Source: Auanema rhodensis
Lineage: Eukaryota > Animalia > Nematoda
Length of the DNA: 64,000 nt
Direction: 5' to 3'
NCBI GenBank assembly: GCA_964057225.1
Contig: OZ059898.1
Coordinates: forward strand, 9,920,001 to 9,984,000
The notes under the pieces: model-generated
Told to the model about the DNA's origin: nothing
Seen by the model: only the letters and a program-made list of their open reading frames with translations
The model's database searches: none
Part shown: positions 10,246 through 24,530 of the stretch, piece after piece
How positions within the stretch are numbered: the stretch's first letter is position 1
How the letters are laid out: every line of letters starts with the position of its first letter
Position numbers and translations under genes: made by a program

Positions 10246-11268
10246 TTCGAAAATGTTAGATTGTTTCCGAAAAATTATGAAAAGTCAAGTTCTACTGATT
10301 TGAAGAGAATTGTAAGTTTTAGAAAATAATTAAAAATTAGTTCTCTCTACTATTAACTGATTGTCGGCTAAAATATGGTAACAGTTTTTATAAAAAGTTT
10401 CCATGATTAGGATTAAACAAAAAAAAGAATTAAAGAGAAACACTTTTTGTTTACTTATTTGATTATAATACTTGAAATTCCAAAAACAGTAGAATAAAAT
10501 TGAGAAATCGACAAAAACAGTTGAACGATTTGAAGAGAATTGTAAGTTTTAGAAAAGAATTAAAGTTCAGCTATCTCTACTATTAACTGACTATCGGCTA
10601 GAATAAGGTAACAGTTTTTATTGAAAGTTTCCATGATTAAGATTGAACAAAAAAAAAATTAGAGAGAAACACTTCTTGTTTACTTACTTGATTATAATAC
10701 TTGAAATTCCAAAAACAGTAAAATAAAATTGAGAAAGCGACAAAAACAGTTGAACGATTTGAAGACAATTGTAAGTTTAAGAAAAGAATTAAAGTTTAGC
10801 TTTGTCTACTATTAACTGATTATCGGCTGAAATATGGTGACAGTTTTTTTTTAAAAGTTTCCATGATTAAGATTAAACAAAGAAAAAAAAATCAAAGAGA
10901 AACACTTCTTGTTTACTAATTTGATTATAACACTTGAAATTCCAACAAAAGTAAAATAAAACTGTTAAAGCGAGTAAAACTGTTGAACAATTTGAAGACA
11001 ATTGTAAGTTGAAAAAAAAAATTAAAGTTTAGCTCTCTCTACTATCAACTGAATGTCGGCTAAAATATGATAACAGTTTTTATCAAAAGTTTCCATGATT
11101 AAGATTAAACAAAGAAAAAAATCAAAGAGAAACACTTCTTGTTTACTAATTTGATTATAACACTTGAAATTCCAACAAAAGTAAAATAAAACTGTGAAAG
11201 CGGGTAAAACTGTTGAACTAAAACAGTCTTTATAAAATATAAATGATATATTTTTATAAAAGTGAAGT

Positions 11269-11339
11269 TGCATCGTCCGGGACTCGAACCCGGGTCGCCC
11301 GCGTGGCAGGCGAGCATTCTACCACTGAACCACCGATGC
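11269..11339 (-). tRNA. tRNA-Gly(GCC), variant B
   Basis: Same as 9541 copy. Confidence 0.85.
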
Positions 11340-12362
11340 TTCGAAAATGTTAGATTGTTTCCGAAAAATTATGAAAAGTCAAGTTCTACTGATTTGAAGA
11401 GAATTGTAAGTTTTAGAAAAGAATTAAAGTTCAGCTATCTCTACTATTAACTGATTATCGGCTAAAATAAGGTAACAGTTTTTATTGAAAGTTTCCATGA
11501 TTAAGATTAAACAAAGAAAAAAAATCAAAGAGAAACACTTCTTGTTTACTTATTTGATTATAATACTTGAAATTCCAAAAACAGTAGAATAAAATTGAGA
11601 AAGCAACATAAACAGTTGAACGATTTGAAGAGAATTGTAAGTTTAAGAAAAGAATTAAAGTTTAGCTTTGTCTAGTATTAACTGATTATCGGCTGAAATA
11701 AGGTAACAGTTTTTATTGAAAGTTTCCATGATTAAGATTAAACAAAGAAAAAAATCAAAGAGAAACACTTCTTGTTTACTTACTTGATTATAATACTTGA
11801 AATTCCAAAAACAGTAAAATAAAATTGAAAAAGCGACAAAAACAGTTGAACGATTTGAAGACAATTGTAAGTTGAAGAATAAAATAAAAGTTTAGCTCTC
11901 TCTACTATTAACTGAATGTCGGCTAAAATATGGTAACAGTTTTTATTAAAAGTTTCCATGATTAAGATTAAACAAAGAAAAAAAATCAAAGAGAAACACT
12001 TCTTGTTTACTAATTTGATTATAACACTTGAAATTCCAAAAAAAGTAAAATAAAACTGTGAAAGCGGGTAAAACTGTTGAACAATTTGAAGACAATTGTA
12101 AGTTGAAAAAAAAAATTAAAGTTTAGCTCTCTCTACTATCAACTGAATGTCGGCTAAAATATGATAACAGTTTTTATCAAAAGTTTCCATGATTAAGATT
12201 AAACAAAGAAAAAAATCAAAGAGAAACACTTCTTGTTTACTAATTTGATTATAACACTTGAAATTCCAAAAAAAGTAAAATAAAACTGTGAAAGCGGGTA
12301 AAACTGTTGAACTAAAACAGTCTTTATAAAATATAAATGATATATTTTTATAAAAGTGAAGT

Positions 12363-12433
12363 TGCATCGTCCGGGACTCGAACCCGGGTCGCCCGCGTGG
12401 CAGGCGAGCATTCTACCACTGAACCACCGATGC
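12363..12433 (-). tRNA. tRNA-Gly(GCC), variant B
   Basis: Same as 9541 copy. Confidence 0.85.
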
Positions 12434-12997
12434 TTCGAAAATGTTAGATTGTTTCCGAAAAATTATGAAAAGTCAAGTTCTACTGATTTGAAGAGAATTG
12501 TAAGTTTTAGAAAAGAATTAAAAATTAGTTCTCTCTACTATTAACTGATTGTCGGCTAAAATATGGTAACAGTTTTTATGAAAAGTTTCCATGATTAGGA
12601 TTAAACAAAGAAAAAAGAATCAAAGAGAAACACTTCTTGTTTACTTATTTGATTATAATACTTGAAATTCCGAAAACAGTAGAATAAAATGAAGAAAGCG
12701 ACAAAAACAGTTGAACGATTTGAAGAGAATTGTAAGTTTAAGAAAAGAATTAAAGTTTAGCTTTGTCTACTATTAACTGATTATTGGCTGAAATATGGTG
12801 ACAGTTTTTTATTAAAAGTTTCCATGATTAAGATTAAACAAAGAAAAAAATCAAAGAGAAACACTTCTTGTTTACTAATTTGATTATAACACTTGAAATT
12901 CCAACAAAAGTAAAATAAAACTGTGAAAGCGGGTAAAACTGTTGAACTAAAACAGTCTTTATAAAATATAAATGATATATTTTTATAAAAGTGAAGT

Positions 12998-13068
12998 TGC
13001 ATCGTCCGGGACTCGAACCCGGGTCGCCCGCGTGGCAGGCGAGCATTCTACCACTGAACCACCGATGC
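12998..13068 (-). tRNA. tRNA-Gly(GCC), variant B
   Basis: Same as 9541 copy. Confidence 0.85.
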
Positions 13069-13861
13069 TTCGAAAATGTTAGATTGTTTCCGAAAAATTA
13101 TGAAAAGTCAAGTTCTACTGATTTGAAGAGAATTGTAAGTTTTAGAAAAGAATTAAAGTTCAGCTATCTCTACTATTAACTGATTATCGGCTAAAATAAG
13201 GTAACAGTTTTTATTGAAAGTTTCCATGATTAAGATTAAACAAAGAAAAAAAATCAAAGAGAAACACTTCTTGTTTACTTATTTAATTATAATACTTGAA
13301 ATTCCAAAAACAGTAGAATAAAATAGAGAAAGCGACGAAAAAAGTTGAACGATTTGAAGAGAATTGTAAGTTTTAGAAAAGAATTAAAGTTCAGCTATCT
13401 CTAATATTAACTGATTATCGGCTAAAATAAGGTAACAGTTTTTATTGAAAGTTTCCATGATTAAGATTAAACAAAGAAAAAAATCAAAGAGAAACACTTC
13501 TTGTTTACTTACTTGATTATAATACTTGAAATTCCAAAAACAGTAAAATAAAATTGAAAAAGCGACAAAAACAGTTGAACGATTTGAAGACAATTGTAAG
13601 TTGAAGAATAAAATTAAAGTTTAGCTCTCTCTACTATTAACTGAATGTCGGCTAAAATATGGTAACAGTTTTTATTAAAAGTTTCCATGATTAAGATTAA
13701 ACAAAGAAAAAAAATCAAAGAGAAACACTTCTTGTTTACTAATTTGATTATAACACTTGAAATTCCAAAAAAAGTAAAATAAAACTGTGAAAGCGGGTAA
13801 AACTGTTGAACTAAAACAGTCTTTATAAAATATAAATGATATATTTTTATAAAAGTGAAGT

Positions 13862-13932
13862 TGCATCGGCCGGGAATCGAACCCGGGTCGCCCGCGTGGC
13901 AGGCGAGCATTCTACCACTGAACCACCGATGC
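13862..13932 (-). tRNA. tRNA-Gly(GCC)
   Basis: Canonical copy. Confidence 0.95.
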
Positions 13933-14954
13933 TTCGAAAATGTTAGATTGTTTCCGAAAAATTATGAAAAGTCAAGTTCTACTGATTTGAAGAGAATTGT
14001 AAGTTTTAGAAAATAATTAAAAATTAGTTCTCTCTACTATTAACTGATTGTCGGCTAAAATATGGTAACAGTTTTTATAAAAAGTTTCCATGATTAGGAT
14101 TAAACAAAAAAAAAAATTAAAGAGAAACACTTTTTGTTTACTTATTTGATTATAATACTTGAAATTCCAAAAACAGTAGAATAAAATTGAGAAATCGACA
14201 AAAACAGTTGAACGATTTGAAGAGAATTGTAAGTTTTAGAAAAGAATTAAAGTTCAGCTATCTCTACTATTAACTGACTATCGGCTAGAATAAGGTAACA
14301 GTTTTTATTGAAAGTTTCCATGATTAAGATTGAACAAAAAAAAATTAGAGAGAAACACTTCTTGTTTACTTACTTGATTATAATACTTGAAATTCCAAAA
14401 ACAGTAAAATAAAATTGAGAAAGCGACAAAAACAGTTGAACGATTTGAAGACAATTGTAAGTTTAAGAAAAGAATTAAAGTTTAGCTTTGTCTACTATTA
14501 ACTGATTATCGGCTGAAATATGGTGACAGTTTTTTTTTTAAAGTTTCCATGATTAAGATTAAACAAAGAAAAAAAAATCAAAGAGAAACACTTCTTGTTT
14601 ACTTACTTGATTATAATACTTGAAATTCCAACAAAAGTAAAGTAAAACTGTTAAAGCGAGTAAAACTGTTGAACAATTTGAAGACAATTGTAAGTTGAAA
14701 AAAAAAATTAAAGTTTAGCTCTCTCTACTATCAACTGAATGTCGGCTAAAATATGATAACAGTTTTTATCAAAAGTTTCCATGATTAAGATTAAACAAAG
14801 AAAAAAATCAAAGAGAAACACTTCTTGTTTACTAATTTGATTATAACACTTGAAATTCCAACAAAAGTAAAATAAAACTGTGAAAGCGGGTAAAACTGTT
14901 GAACTAAAACAGTCTTTATAAAATATAAATGATATATTTTTATAAAAGTGAAGT

Positions 14955-15025
14955 TGCATCGTCCGGGACTCGAACCCGGGTCGCCCGCGTGGCAGGCGAG
15001 CATTCTACCACTGAACCACCGATGC
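14955..15025 (-). tRNA. tRNA-Gly(GCC), variant B
   Basis: Same as 9541 copy. Confidence 0.85.
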
Positions 15026-15821
15026 TTCGAAAATGTTAGATTGTTTCCGAAAAATTATGAAAAGTCAAGTTCTACTGATTTGAAGAGAATTGTAAGTTTT
15101 AGAAAAGAATTAAAGTTCAGCTATCTCTACTATTAACTGATTATCGGCTAAAATAAGGTAACAGTTTTTATTGAAAGTTTCCATGATTAAGATTAAACAA
15201 AGAAAAAAAATCAAAGAGAAACACTTCTTGTTTACTTATTTGATTATAATACTTGAAATTCCAAAAACAGTAGAATAAAATTGAGAAAGCAACATAAACA
15301 GTTGAACGATTTGAAGAGAATTGTAAGTTTAAGAAAAGAATTAAAGTTTAGCTTTGTCTACTATTAACTGATTATCGGCTGAAATATGGTGACAGTTTTT
15401 TATTAAAAGTTTCCATGATTAAGATTAAACAAAGAAAAAAAAATCAAAGAGAAACACTTCTTGTTTACTTATTTGATTATAACACTTGAAATTCCAACAA
15501 AAGTAAAGTAAAACTGTTAAAGCGAGTAAAACTGTTGAACGATTTGAAGACAATTGTAAGTTGAAAAAAAAAATTAAAGTTTAGCTCTCTCTACTATTAA
15601 CTGAATGTCGGCTGAAATAAGGTAACAGTTTTTATTAAAAGTTTCCATGATTTAGATTAAACAAAGAAAAAAAATCAAAGAGAAACACTTCTTGTTTACT
15701 AATTTGATTATAACACTTGAAAATCCAACAAAAGTAAAATAAAACTGTGAAAGCGGGTAAAACTGTTGAACTAAAACAGTCTTTATAAAATATAAATGAT
15801 ATATTTTTATAAAAGTGAAGT

Positions 15822-15892
15822 TGCATCGGCCGGGAATCGAACCCGGGTCGCCCGCGTGGCAGGCGAGCATTCTACCACTGAACCACCGATGC
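15822..15892 (-). tRNA. tRNA-Gly(GCC)
   Basis: Canonical copy. Confidence 0.95.
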
Positions 15893-16915
15893 TTCGAAAA
15901 TGTTAGATTGTTTCCGAAAAATTATGAAAAGTCAAGTTCTACTGATTTGAAGAGAATTGTAAGTTTTAGAAAATAATTAAAAATTAGTTCTCTCTACTAT
16001 TAACTGATTGTCGGCTAAAATATGGTAACAGTTTTTATAAAAAGTTTCCATGATTAGGATTAAACAAAAAAAAGAATTAAAGAGAAACACTTTTTGTTTA
16101 CTTATTTGATTATAATACTTGAAATTCCAAAAACAGTAGAATAAAATTGAGAAATCGACAAAAACAGTTGAACGATTTGAAGAGAATTGTAAGTTTTAGA
16201 AAAGAATTAAAGTTCAGCTATCTCTACTATTAACTGACTATCGGCTAGAATAAGGTAACAGTTTTTATTGAAAGTTTCCATGATTAAGATTGAACAAAAA
16301 AAAATTAGAGAGAAACACTTCTTGTTTACTTATTTGATTATAATACTTGAAATTCCAAAAACAGTAGAATAAAATTGAGAAAGCAACATAAACAGTTGAA
16401 CGATTTGAAGAGAATTGTAAGTTTAAGAAAAGAATTAAAGTTTAGCTTTGTCTACTATTAACTGATTATCGGCTGAAATATGGTGACAGTTTTTTATTAA
16501 AAGTTTCCATGATTAAGATTAAACAAAGAAAAAAAAATCAAAGAGAAACACTTCTTGTTTACTTATTTGATTATAACACTTGAAATTCCAACAAAAGTAA
16601 AGTAAAACTGTTAAAGCGAGTAAAACTGTTGAACGATTTGAAGACAATTGTAAGTTGAAAAAAAAAATTAAAGTTTAGCTCTCTCTACTATTAACTGAAT
16701 GTCGGCTGAAATAAGGTAACAGTTTTTATTAAAAGTTTCCATGATTTAGATTAAACAAAGAAAAAAAATCAAAGAGAAACACTTCTTGTTTACTAATTTG
16801 ATTATAACACTTGAAAATCCAACAAAAGTAAAATAAAACTGTGAAAGCGGGTAAAACTGTTGAACTAAAACAGTCTTTATAAAATATAAATGATATATTT
16901 TTATAAAAGTGAAGT

Positions 16916-16986
16916 TGCATCGGCCGGGAATCGAACCCGGGTCGCCCGCGTGGCAGGCGAGCATTCTACCACTGAACCACCGATGC
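16916..16986 (-). tRNA. tRNA-Gly(GCC)
   Basis: Canonical copy. Confidence 0.95.
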
Positions 16987-17779
16987 TTCGAAAATGTTAG
17001 ATTGTTTCCGAAAAATTATGAAAAGTCAAGTTCTACTGATTTGAAGAGAATTGTAAGTTTTAGAAAAGAATTGAAGTTCAGCTATCTCTACTATTAACTG
17101 ATTATCGGCTAAAATAAGGTAACAGTTTTTATTGAAAGTTTCCATGATTAAGATTAAACAAAGAAAAAAAATCAAAGAGAAACACTTCTTGTTTACTTAT
17201 TTAATTATAATACTTGAAATTCCAAAAACAGTAGAATAAAATAGAGAAAGCGACGAAAAAAGTTGAACGATTTGAAGAGAATTGTAAGTTTTAGAAAAGA
17301 ATTAAAGTTCAGCTATCTCTACTATTAACTGATTATCGGCTAAAATAAGGTAACAGTTTTTATTGAAAGTTTCCATGATTAAGATTAAACAAAGAAAAAA
17401 ATCAAAGAGAAACACTTCTTGTTTACTTACTTGATTATAATACTTGAAATTCCAAAAACAGTAAAATAAAATTGAAAAAGCGACAAAAACAGTTGAACGA
17501 TTTGAAGACAATTGTAAGTTGAAGAATAAAATAAAAGTTTAGCTCTCTCTACTATTAACTGAATGTCGGCTAAAATAAGGTAACAGTTTTTATTAAAAGT
17601 TTCCATGATTAAGATTAAACAAAGAAAAAAAATCAAAGAGAAACACTTCTTGTTTACTAATTTGATTATAACACTTGAAATTCCAAAAAAAGTAAAATAA
17701 AACTGTGAAAGCGGGTAAAACTGTTGAACTAAAACAGTCTTTATAAAATATAAATGATATATTTTTATAAAAGTGAAGT

Positions 17780-17850
17780 TGCATCGGCCGGGAATCGAAC
17801 CCGGGTCGCCCGCGTGGCAGGCGAGCATTCTACCACTGAACCACCGATGC
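17780..17850 (-). tRNA. tRNA-Gly(GCC)
   Basis: Canonical copy. Confidence 0.95.
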
Positions 17851-18873
17851 TTCGAAAATGTTAGATTGTTTCCGAAAAATTATGAAAAGTCAAGTTCTAC
17901 TGATTTGAAGAGAATTGTAAGTTTTAGAAAATAATTAAAAATTAGTTCTCTCTACTATTAACTGATTGTCGGCTAAAATATGGTAACAGTTTTTATAAAA
18001 AGTTTCCATGATTAGGATTAAACAAAAAAAAGAATTAAAGAGAAACACTTTTTGTTTACTTATTTGATTATAATACTTGAAATTCCAAAAACAGTAGAAT
18101 AAAATTGAGAAATCGACAAAAACAGTTGAACGATTTGAAGAGAATTGTAAGTTTTAGAAAAGAATTAAAGTTCAGCTATCTCTACTATTAACTGACTATC
18201 GGCTAGAATAAGGTAACAGTTTTTATTGAAAGTTTCCATGATTAAGATTGAACAAAAAAAAAATTAGAGAGAAACACTTTTTGTTTACTTACTTGATTAT
18301 AATACTTGAAATTCCAAAAACAGTAAAATTAAATTGAGAAAGCGACAAAAACAGTTGAACGATTTGAAGACAATTGTAAGTTTAAGAAAAGAATTAAAGT
18401 TTAGCTTTGTCTACTATTAACTGATTATCGGCTGAAATATGGTGACAGTTTTTTTTTAAAAGTTTCCATGATTAAGATTAAACAAAGAAAAAAAAATCAA
18501 AGAGAAACACTTCTTGTTTACTAATTTGATTATAACACTTGAAATTCCAACAAAAGTAAAGTAAAACTGTTAAAGCGAGTAAAACTGTTGAACAATTTGA
18601 AGACAATTGTAAGTTGAAAAAAAAAATTAAAGTTTAGCTCTCTCTACTATCAACTGAATGTCGGCTAAAATATGATAACAGTTTTTGTCAAAAGTTTCCA
18701 TGATTAAGATTAAACAAAGAAAAAAATCAAAGAGAAACACTTCTTGTTTACTAATTTGATTATAACACTTGAAATTCCAACAAAAGTAAAATAAAACTGT
18801 GAAAGCGGGTAAAACTGTTGAACTAAAACAGTCTTTATAAAATATTAATGATATATTTTTATAAAAGTGAAGT

Positions 18874-18944
18874 TGCATCGTCCGGGACTCGAACCCGGGT
18901 CGCCCGCGTGGCAGGCGAGCATTCTACCACTGAACCACCGATGC
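18874..18944 (-). tRNA. tRNA-Gly(GCC), variant B
   Basis: Same as 9541 copy. Confidence 0.85.
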
Positions 18945-19506
18945 TTCGAAAATGTTAGATTGTTTCCGAAAAATTATGAAAAGTCAAGTTCTACTGATTT
19001 GAAGAGAATTGTAAGTTTTAGAAAAGAATTAAAGTTCAGCTATCTCTACTATTAACTGATTATCGGCTAAAATAAGGTAACAGTTTTTATTGAAAGTTTC
19101 CATGATTAAGATTAAACAAAGAAAAAAAATCAAAGAGAAACACTTCTTGTTTACTTATTTGATTATAATACTTGAAATTCCAAAAACAGTAGAATAAAAT
19201 AGAGAAAGCGACGAAAAAAGTTGAACGATTTGAAGAGAATTGTAAGTTTTAGAAAAGAATTAAAGTTCAGCTATCTCTACTATTAACTGATTATCGGCTA
19301 AAATAAGGTAACAGTTTTTATTGAAAGTTTCCATGATTAAGATTAAACAAAGAAAAAAATCAAAGAGAAACACTTCTTGTTTACTAATTTGATTATAACA
19401 CTTGAAATTCCAACAAAAGTAAAATAAAACTGTGAAAGCGGGTAAAACTGTTGAACTAAAACAGTCTTTATAAAATATAAATGATATATTTTTATAGAAG
19501 TGAAGT

Positions 19507-19577
19507 TGCATCGGCCGGGAATCGAACCCGGGTCGCCCGCGTGGCAGGCGAGCATTCTACCACTGAACCACCGATGC
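19507..19577 (-). tRNA. tRNA-Gly(GCC)
   Basis: Canonical copy. Confidence 0.95.
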
Positions 19578-20371
19578 TTCGAAAATGTTAGATTGTTTCC
19601 GAAAAATTATGAAAAGTCAAGTTCTACTGATTTGAAGAGAATTGTAAGTTTTAGAAAAGAATTAAAGTTCAGCTATCTCTACTATTAACTGATTATCGGC
19701 TAAAATAAGGTAACAGTTTTTATTGAAAGTTTCCATGATTAAGATTAAACAAAGAAAAAAAATCAAAGAGAAACAATTTTTGTTTACTTATTTGATTATA
19801 ATACTTGAAATTCCAAAAACAGTAGAATAAAATTGAGAAATCGACAAAAACAGTTGAACGATTTGAAGAGAATTGTAAGTTTTAGAAAAGAATTAAAGTT
19901 CAGCTATCTCTACTATTAACTGACTATCGGCTAGAATAAGGTAACAGTTTTTATTGAAAGTTTCCATGATTAAGATTAAACAAAGAAAAAAAATCAAAGA
20001 GAAACACTTCTTGTTTACTAATTTGATTATAACACTTGAAATTCCAACAAAAGTAAAGTAAAACTGTTAAAGCGAGTAAAACTGTTGAACAATTTGAAGA
20101 CAATTGTAAGTTGAAAAAAAAAATTAAAGTTTAGCTCTCTCTACTATCAACTGAATGTCGGCTAAAATATGATAACAGTTTTTATCAAAAGTTTCCATGA
20201 TTAAGATTAAACAAAGAAAAAAAATCAAAGAGAAACACTTCTTGTTTACTAATTTGATTATAACACTTGAAATTCCAACAAAAGTAAAAAAAAACTGTGA
20301 AAGCGGGTAAAACTGTTGAACTAAAACAGTCTTTATAAAATATAAATGATATTTTTTTATAAAAGTGAAGT

Positions 20372-20442
20372 TGCATCGTCCGGGACTCCAACCCGGGTCG
20401 CCCGCGTGGCAGGCGAGCATTCTACCACTGAACCACCGATGC
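20372..20442 (-). tRNA. tRNA-Gly(GCC), variant C (B plus C56G; probable pseudogene)
   Basis: T-loop reads TTGGAGT; invariant B-box C56 lost. Confidence 0.7.
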
Positions 20443-21464
20443 TTCGAAAATGTTAGATTGTTTCCGAAAAATTATGAAAAGTCAAGTTCTACTGATTTGA
20501 AGAGAATTGTAAGTTTTAGAAAAGAATTAAAGTTCAGCTATCTCTACTATTAACTGATTATCGGCTAAAATAAGGTAACAGTTTTTATCAAAAGTTTCCA
20601 TGATTAAGATTAAACAAAGAAAAAAATCAAAGAGAAACACTTCTTGTTTACTAATTTGATTATAACACTTGAAATTCCAAAAACAGTAGAATAAAATTGA
20701 AAAAGCGACAAAAACAGTTGAACGATTTGAAGACAATTGTAAGTTGAAGAATAAAATTAAAGTTTAGCTCTCTCTACTATTAACTGAATGTCGGCTAAAA
20801 TATGGTAACAGTTTTTATTGAAAGTTTCCATGATTAAGATTGAACAAAAAAAAAATTAGAGAGAAACACTTCTTGTTTACTTACTTGATTATAATACTTG
20901 AAATTCCAAAAACAGTAAAATTAAATTGAGAAAACGACAAAAACAGTTGAACGATTTGAAGACAATTGTAAGTTTAAGAAAAGAATTAAAGTTTAGCTTT
21001 GTCTACTATTAACTGATTATCGGCTGAAATATGGTGACAGTTTTTTTTTTAAAGTTTCCATGATTAAGATTAAACAAAGAAAAAAAAATCGAATAGAAAT
21101 ACTTCTTGTTTACTAATTTGATTATAACACTTGAAATTCCAACAAAAGTAAAGTAAAACTGTTAAAGCGAGTAAAACTGTTGAACAATTTGAAGACAATT
21201 GTAAGTTGAAAAAAAAATTAAAGTTTAGCTCTCTCTACTATCAACTGAATGTCGGCTAAAATATGATAACAGTTTTTATCAAAAGTTTCCATGATTAAGA
21301 TTAAACAAAGAAAAAAATCAAAGAGAAACACTTCTTGTTTACTAATTTGATTATAACACTTGAAATTCCAACAAAAGTAAAATAAAACTGTGAAAGCGGG
21401 TAAAACTGTTGAACTAAAACAGTCTCTATAAAATATAAATGATATATTTTTATAAAAGTGAAGT

Positions 21465-21535
21465 TGCATCGTCCGGGACTCGAACCCGGGTCGCCCGCGT
21501 GGCAGGCGAGCATTCTACCACTGAACCACCGATGC
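21465..21535 (-). tRNA. tRNA-Gly(GCC), variant B
   Basis: Same as 9541 copy. Confidence 0.85.
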
Positions 21536-22097
21536 TTCGAAAATGTTAGATTGTTTCCGAAAAATTATGAAAAGTCAAGTTCTACTGATTTGAAGAGAAT
21601 TGTAAGTTTTAGAAAAGAATTAAAGTTCAGCTATCTCTACTATTAACTGATTATCGGCTAAAATAAGGTAACAGTTTTCATTGAAAGTTTCCATGATTAA
21701 GATTAAACAAAGAAAAAAAATCAAAGAGAAACACTTCTTGTTTACTTATTTGATTATAATACTTGAAATTCCAAAAACAGTAGAATAAAATTGAAAAAGC
21801 GACAAAAACAGTTGAACGATTTGAAGACAATTGTAAGTTGAAGAATAAAATTAAAGTTTAGCTCTCTCTACTATTAACTGAATGTCGGCTAAAATATGGT
21901 AACAGTTTTCATTAAAAGTTTCCATGATTAAGATTAAACAAAGAAAAAAATCAAAGAGAAACACTTCTTGTTTACTAATTTTATTATAACACTTGAAATT
22001 CCAACAAAAGTAAAATAAAACTGTGAAAGCGGGTAAAACTGTTGAACTAAAACAGTCTTTATAAAATATAAATGATATATTTTTATAAAAGTGAAGT

Positions 22098-22168
22098 TGC
22101 ATCGGCCGGGAATCGAACCCGGGTCGCCCGCGTGGCAGGCGAGCATTCTACCACTGAACCACCGATGC
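22098..22168 (-). tRNA. tRNA-Gly(GCC)
   Basis: Canonical copy. Confidence 0.95.
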
Positions 22169-22962
22169 TTCGAAAATGTTAGATTGTTTCCGAAAAATTA
22201 TGAAAAGTCAAGTTCTACTGATTTGAAAAGAATTGTAAGTTTTAGAAAATAATTAAAAATTAGTTCTCTCTACTATTAACTGATTGTCGGCTAAAATATG
22301 GTAACAGTTTTTATAAAAAGTTTCCATGATTAGGATTAAACAAAAAAAAGAATTAAAGAGAAACAATTTTTGTTTACTTATTTGATTATAATACTTGAAA
22401 TTCCAAAAACAGTAGAATAAAATTGAGAAATCGACAAAAACAGTTGAACGATTTGAAGAGAATTGTAAGTTTTAGAAAAGAATTAAAGTTCAGCTATCTC
22501 TACTATTAACTGACTATCGGCTAGAATAAGGTAACAGTTTTTATTGAAAGTTTCCATGATTAAGATTAAACAAAGAAAAAAAAATCAAAGAGAAACACTT
22601 CTTGTTTACTAATTTGATTATAACACTTGAAATTCCAACAAAAGTAAAGTAAAACTGTTAAAGCGAGTAAAACTGTTGAACAATTTGAAGACAATTGTAA
22701 GTTGAAAAAAAAAATTAAAGTTTAGCTCTCTCTACTATCAACTGAATGTCGGCTAAAATATGATAACAGTTTTTATCAAAAGTTTCCATGATTAAGATTA
22801 AACAAAGAAAAAAAATCAAAGAGAAACACTTCTTGTTTACTAATTTGATTATAACACTTGAAATTCCAACAAAAGTAAAAAAAAACTGTGAAAGCGGGTA
22901 AAACTGTTGAACTAAAACAGTCTTTATAAAATATAAATGATATTTTTTTATAAAAGTGAAGT

Positions 22963-23033
22963 TGCATCGTCCGGGACTCCAACCCGGGTCGCCCGCGTGG
23001 CAGGCGAGCATTCTACCACTGAACCACCGATGC
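22963..23033 (-). tRNA. tRNA-Gly(GCC), variant C (probable pseudogene)
   Basis: T-loop TTGGAGT. Confidence 0.7.
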
Positions 23034-23825
23034 TTCGAAAATGTTAGATTGTTTCCGAAAAATTATGAAAAGTCAAGTTCTACTGATTTGAAGAGAATTG
23101 TAAGTTTTAGAAAAGAATTAAAGTTCAGCTATCTCTACTATTAACTGATTATCGGCTAAAATAAGGTAACAGTTTTTATTGAAAGTTTCCATGATTAAGA
23201 TTAAACAAAGAAAAAAAATCAAAGAGAAACACTTCTTGTTTACTTATTTGATTATAATACTTGAAATTCCAAAAACAGTAGAATAAAATAGAGAAAGCGA
23301 CGAAAAAAGTTGAACGATTTGAAGAGAATTGTAAGTTTTAGAAAAGAATTAAAGTTCAGCTATCTCTACTATTAACTGATTATCGGCTAAAATAAGGTAA
23401 CAGTTTTTATTGAAAGTTTCCATGATTAAGATTAAACAAAGAAAAAAATCAAAGAGAAACACTTCTTGTTTACTTACTTGATTATAATACTTGAAATTCC
23501 AAAAACAGTAAAATAAAATTGAAAAAGCGACAAAAACAGTTGAACTATTTGAAGACAATTGTAAGTTGAAGAATAAAATTAAAGTTTAGCTCTCTCTACT
23601 ATTAACTGAATGTCGGCTAAAATATGATAACAGTTTTTATTAAAAGTTTCCATGATTAAGATTAAACAAAGAAAAAAATCAAAGAGAAACACTTCTTGTT
23701 TACTAATTTGATTATAACACTTGAAATTCCAACAAAAGTAAAATAAAACTGTGAAAGCGGGTAAAACTGTTGAACTAAAACAGTCTTTATAAAATATAAA
23801 TGATATATTTTTATAAAAGTGAAGT

Positions 23826-23896
23826 TGAATCGGCCGGGAATCGAACCCGGGTCGCCCGCGTGGCAGGCGAGCATTCTACCACTAAACCACCGATGC
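23826..23896 (-). tRNA. tRNA-Gly(GCC), variant D (G71U, plus C13U)
   Basis: 3' end CCGATTCA; D-stem GTTT. Confidence 0.75.
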
Positions 23897-24459
23897 TTCG
23901 AAAATGTTAGATTGTTTCCGAAAAATTATGAAAAGTCAAGTTCTACTGATTTGAAGAGAATTGTAAGTTTTAGAAAAGAATTAAAGTTCAGCTATCTCTA
24001 CTATTAACTGACTATCGGCTAGAATAAGGTAACAGTTTTTATTGAAAGTTTCCATGATTAAGATTAAACAAAGAAAAAAAATCAAAGAGAAACACTTCTT
24101 GTTTACTAATTTGATTATAACACTTGAAATTCCAACAAAAGTAAAGTAAAACTGTTAAAGCGAGTAAAACTGTTGAACAATTTGAAGACAATTGTAAGTT
24201 GAAAAAAAAAATTAAAGTTTAGCTCTCTCTACTATCAACTGAATGTCGGCTAAAATATGATAACAGTTTTTATCAAAAGTTTCCATGATTAAGATTAAAC
24301 AAAGAAAAAAAATCAAAGAGAAACACTTCTTGTTTACTAATTTGATTATAACACTTGAAATTCCAACAAAAGTAAAAAAAAACTGTGAAAGCGGGTAAAA
24401 CTGTTGAACTAAAACAGTCTTTATAAAATATAAATGATATTTTTTTATAAAAGTGAAGT

Positions 24460-24530
24460 TGCATCGTCCGGGACTCCAACCCGGGTCGCCCGCGTGGCAG
24501 GCGAGCATTCTACCACTGAACCACCGATGC
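24460..24530 (-). tRNA. tRNA-Gly(GCC), variant C (probable pseudogene)
   Basis: T-loop TTGGAGT. Confidence 0.7.
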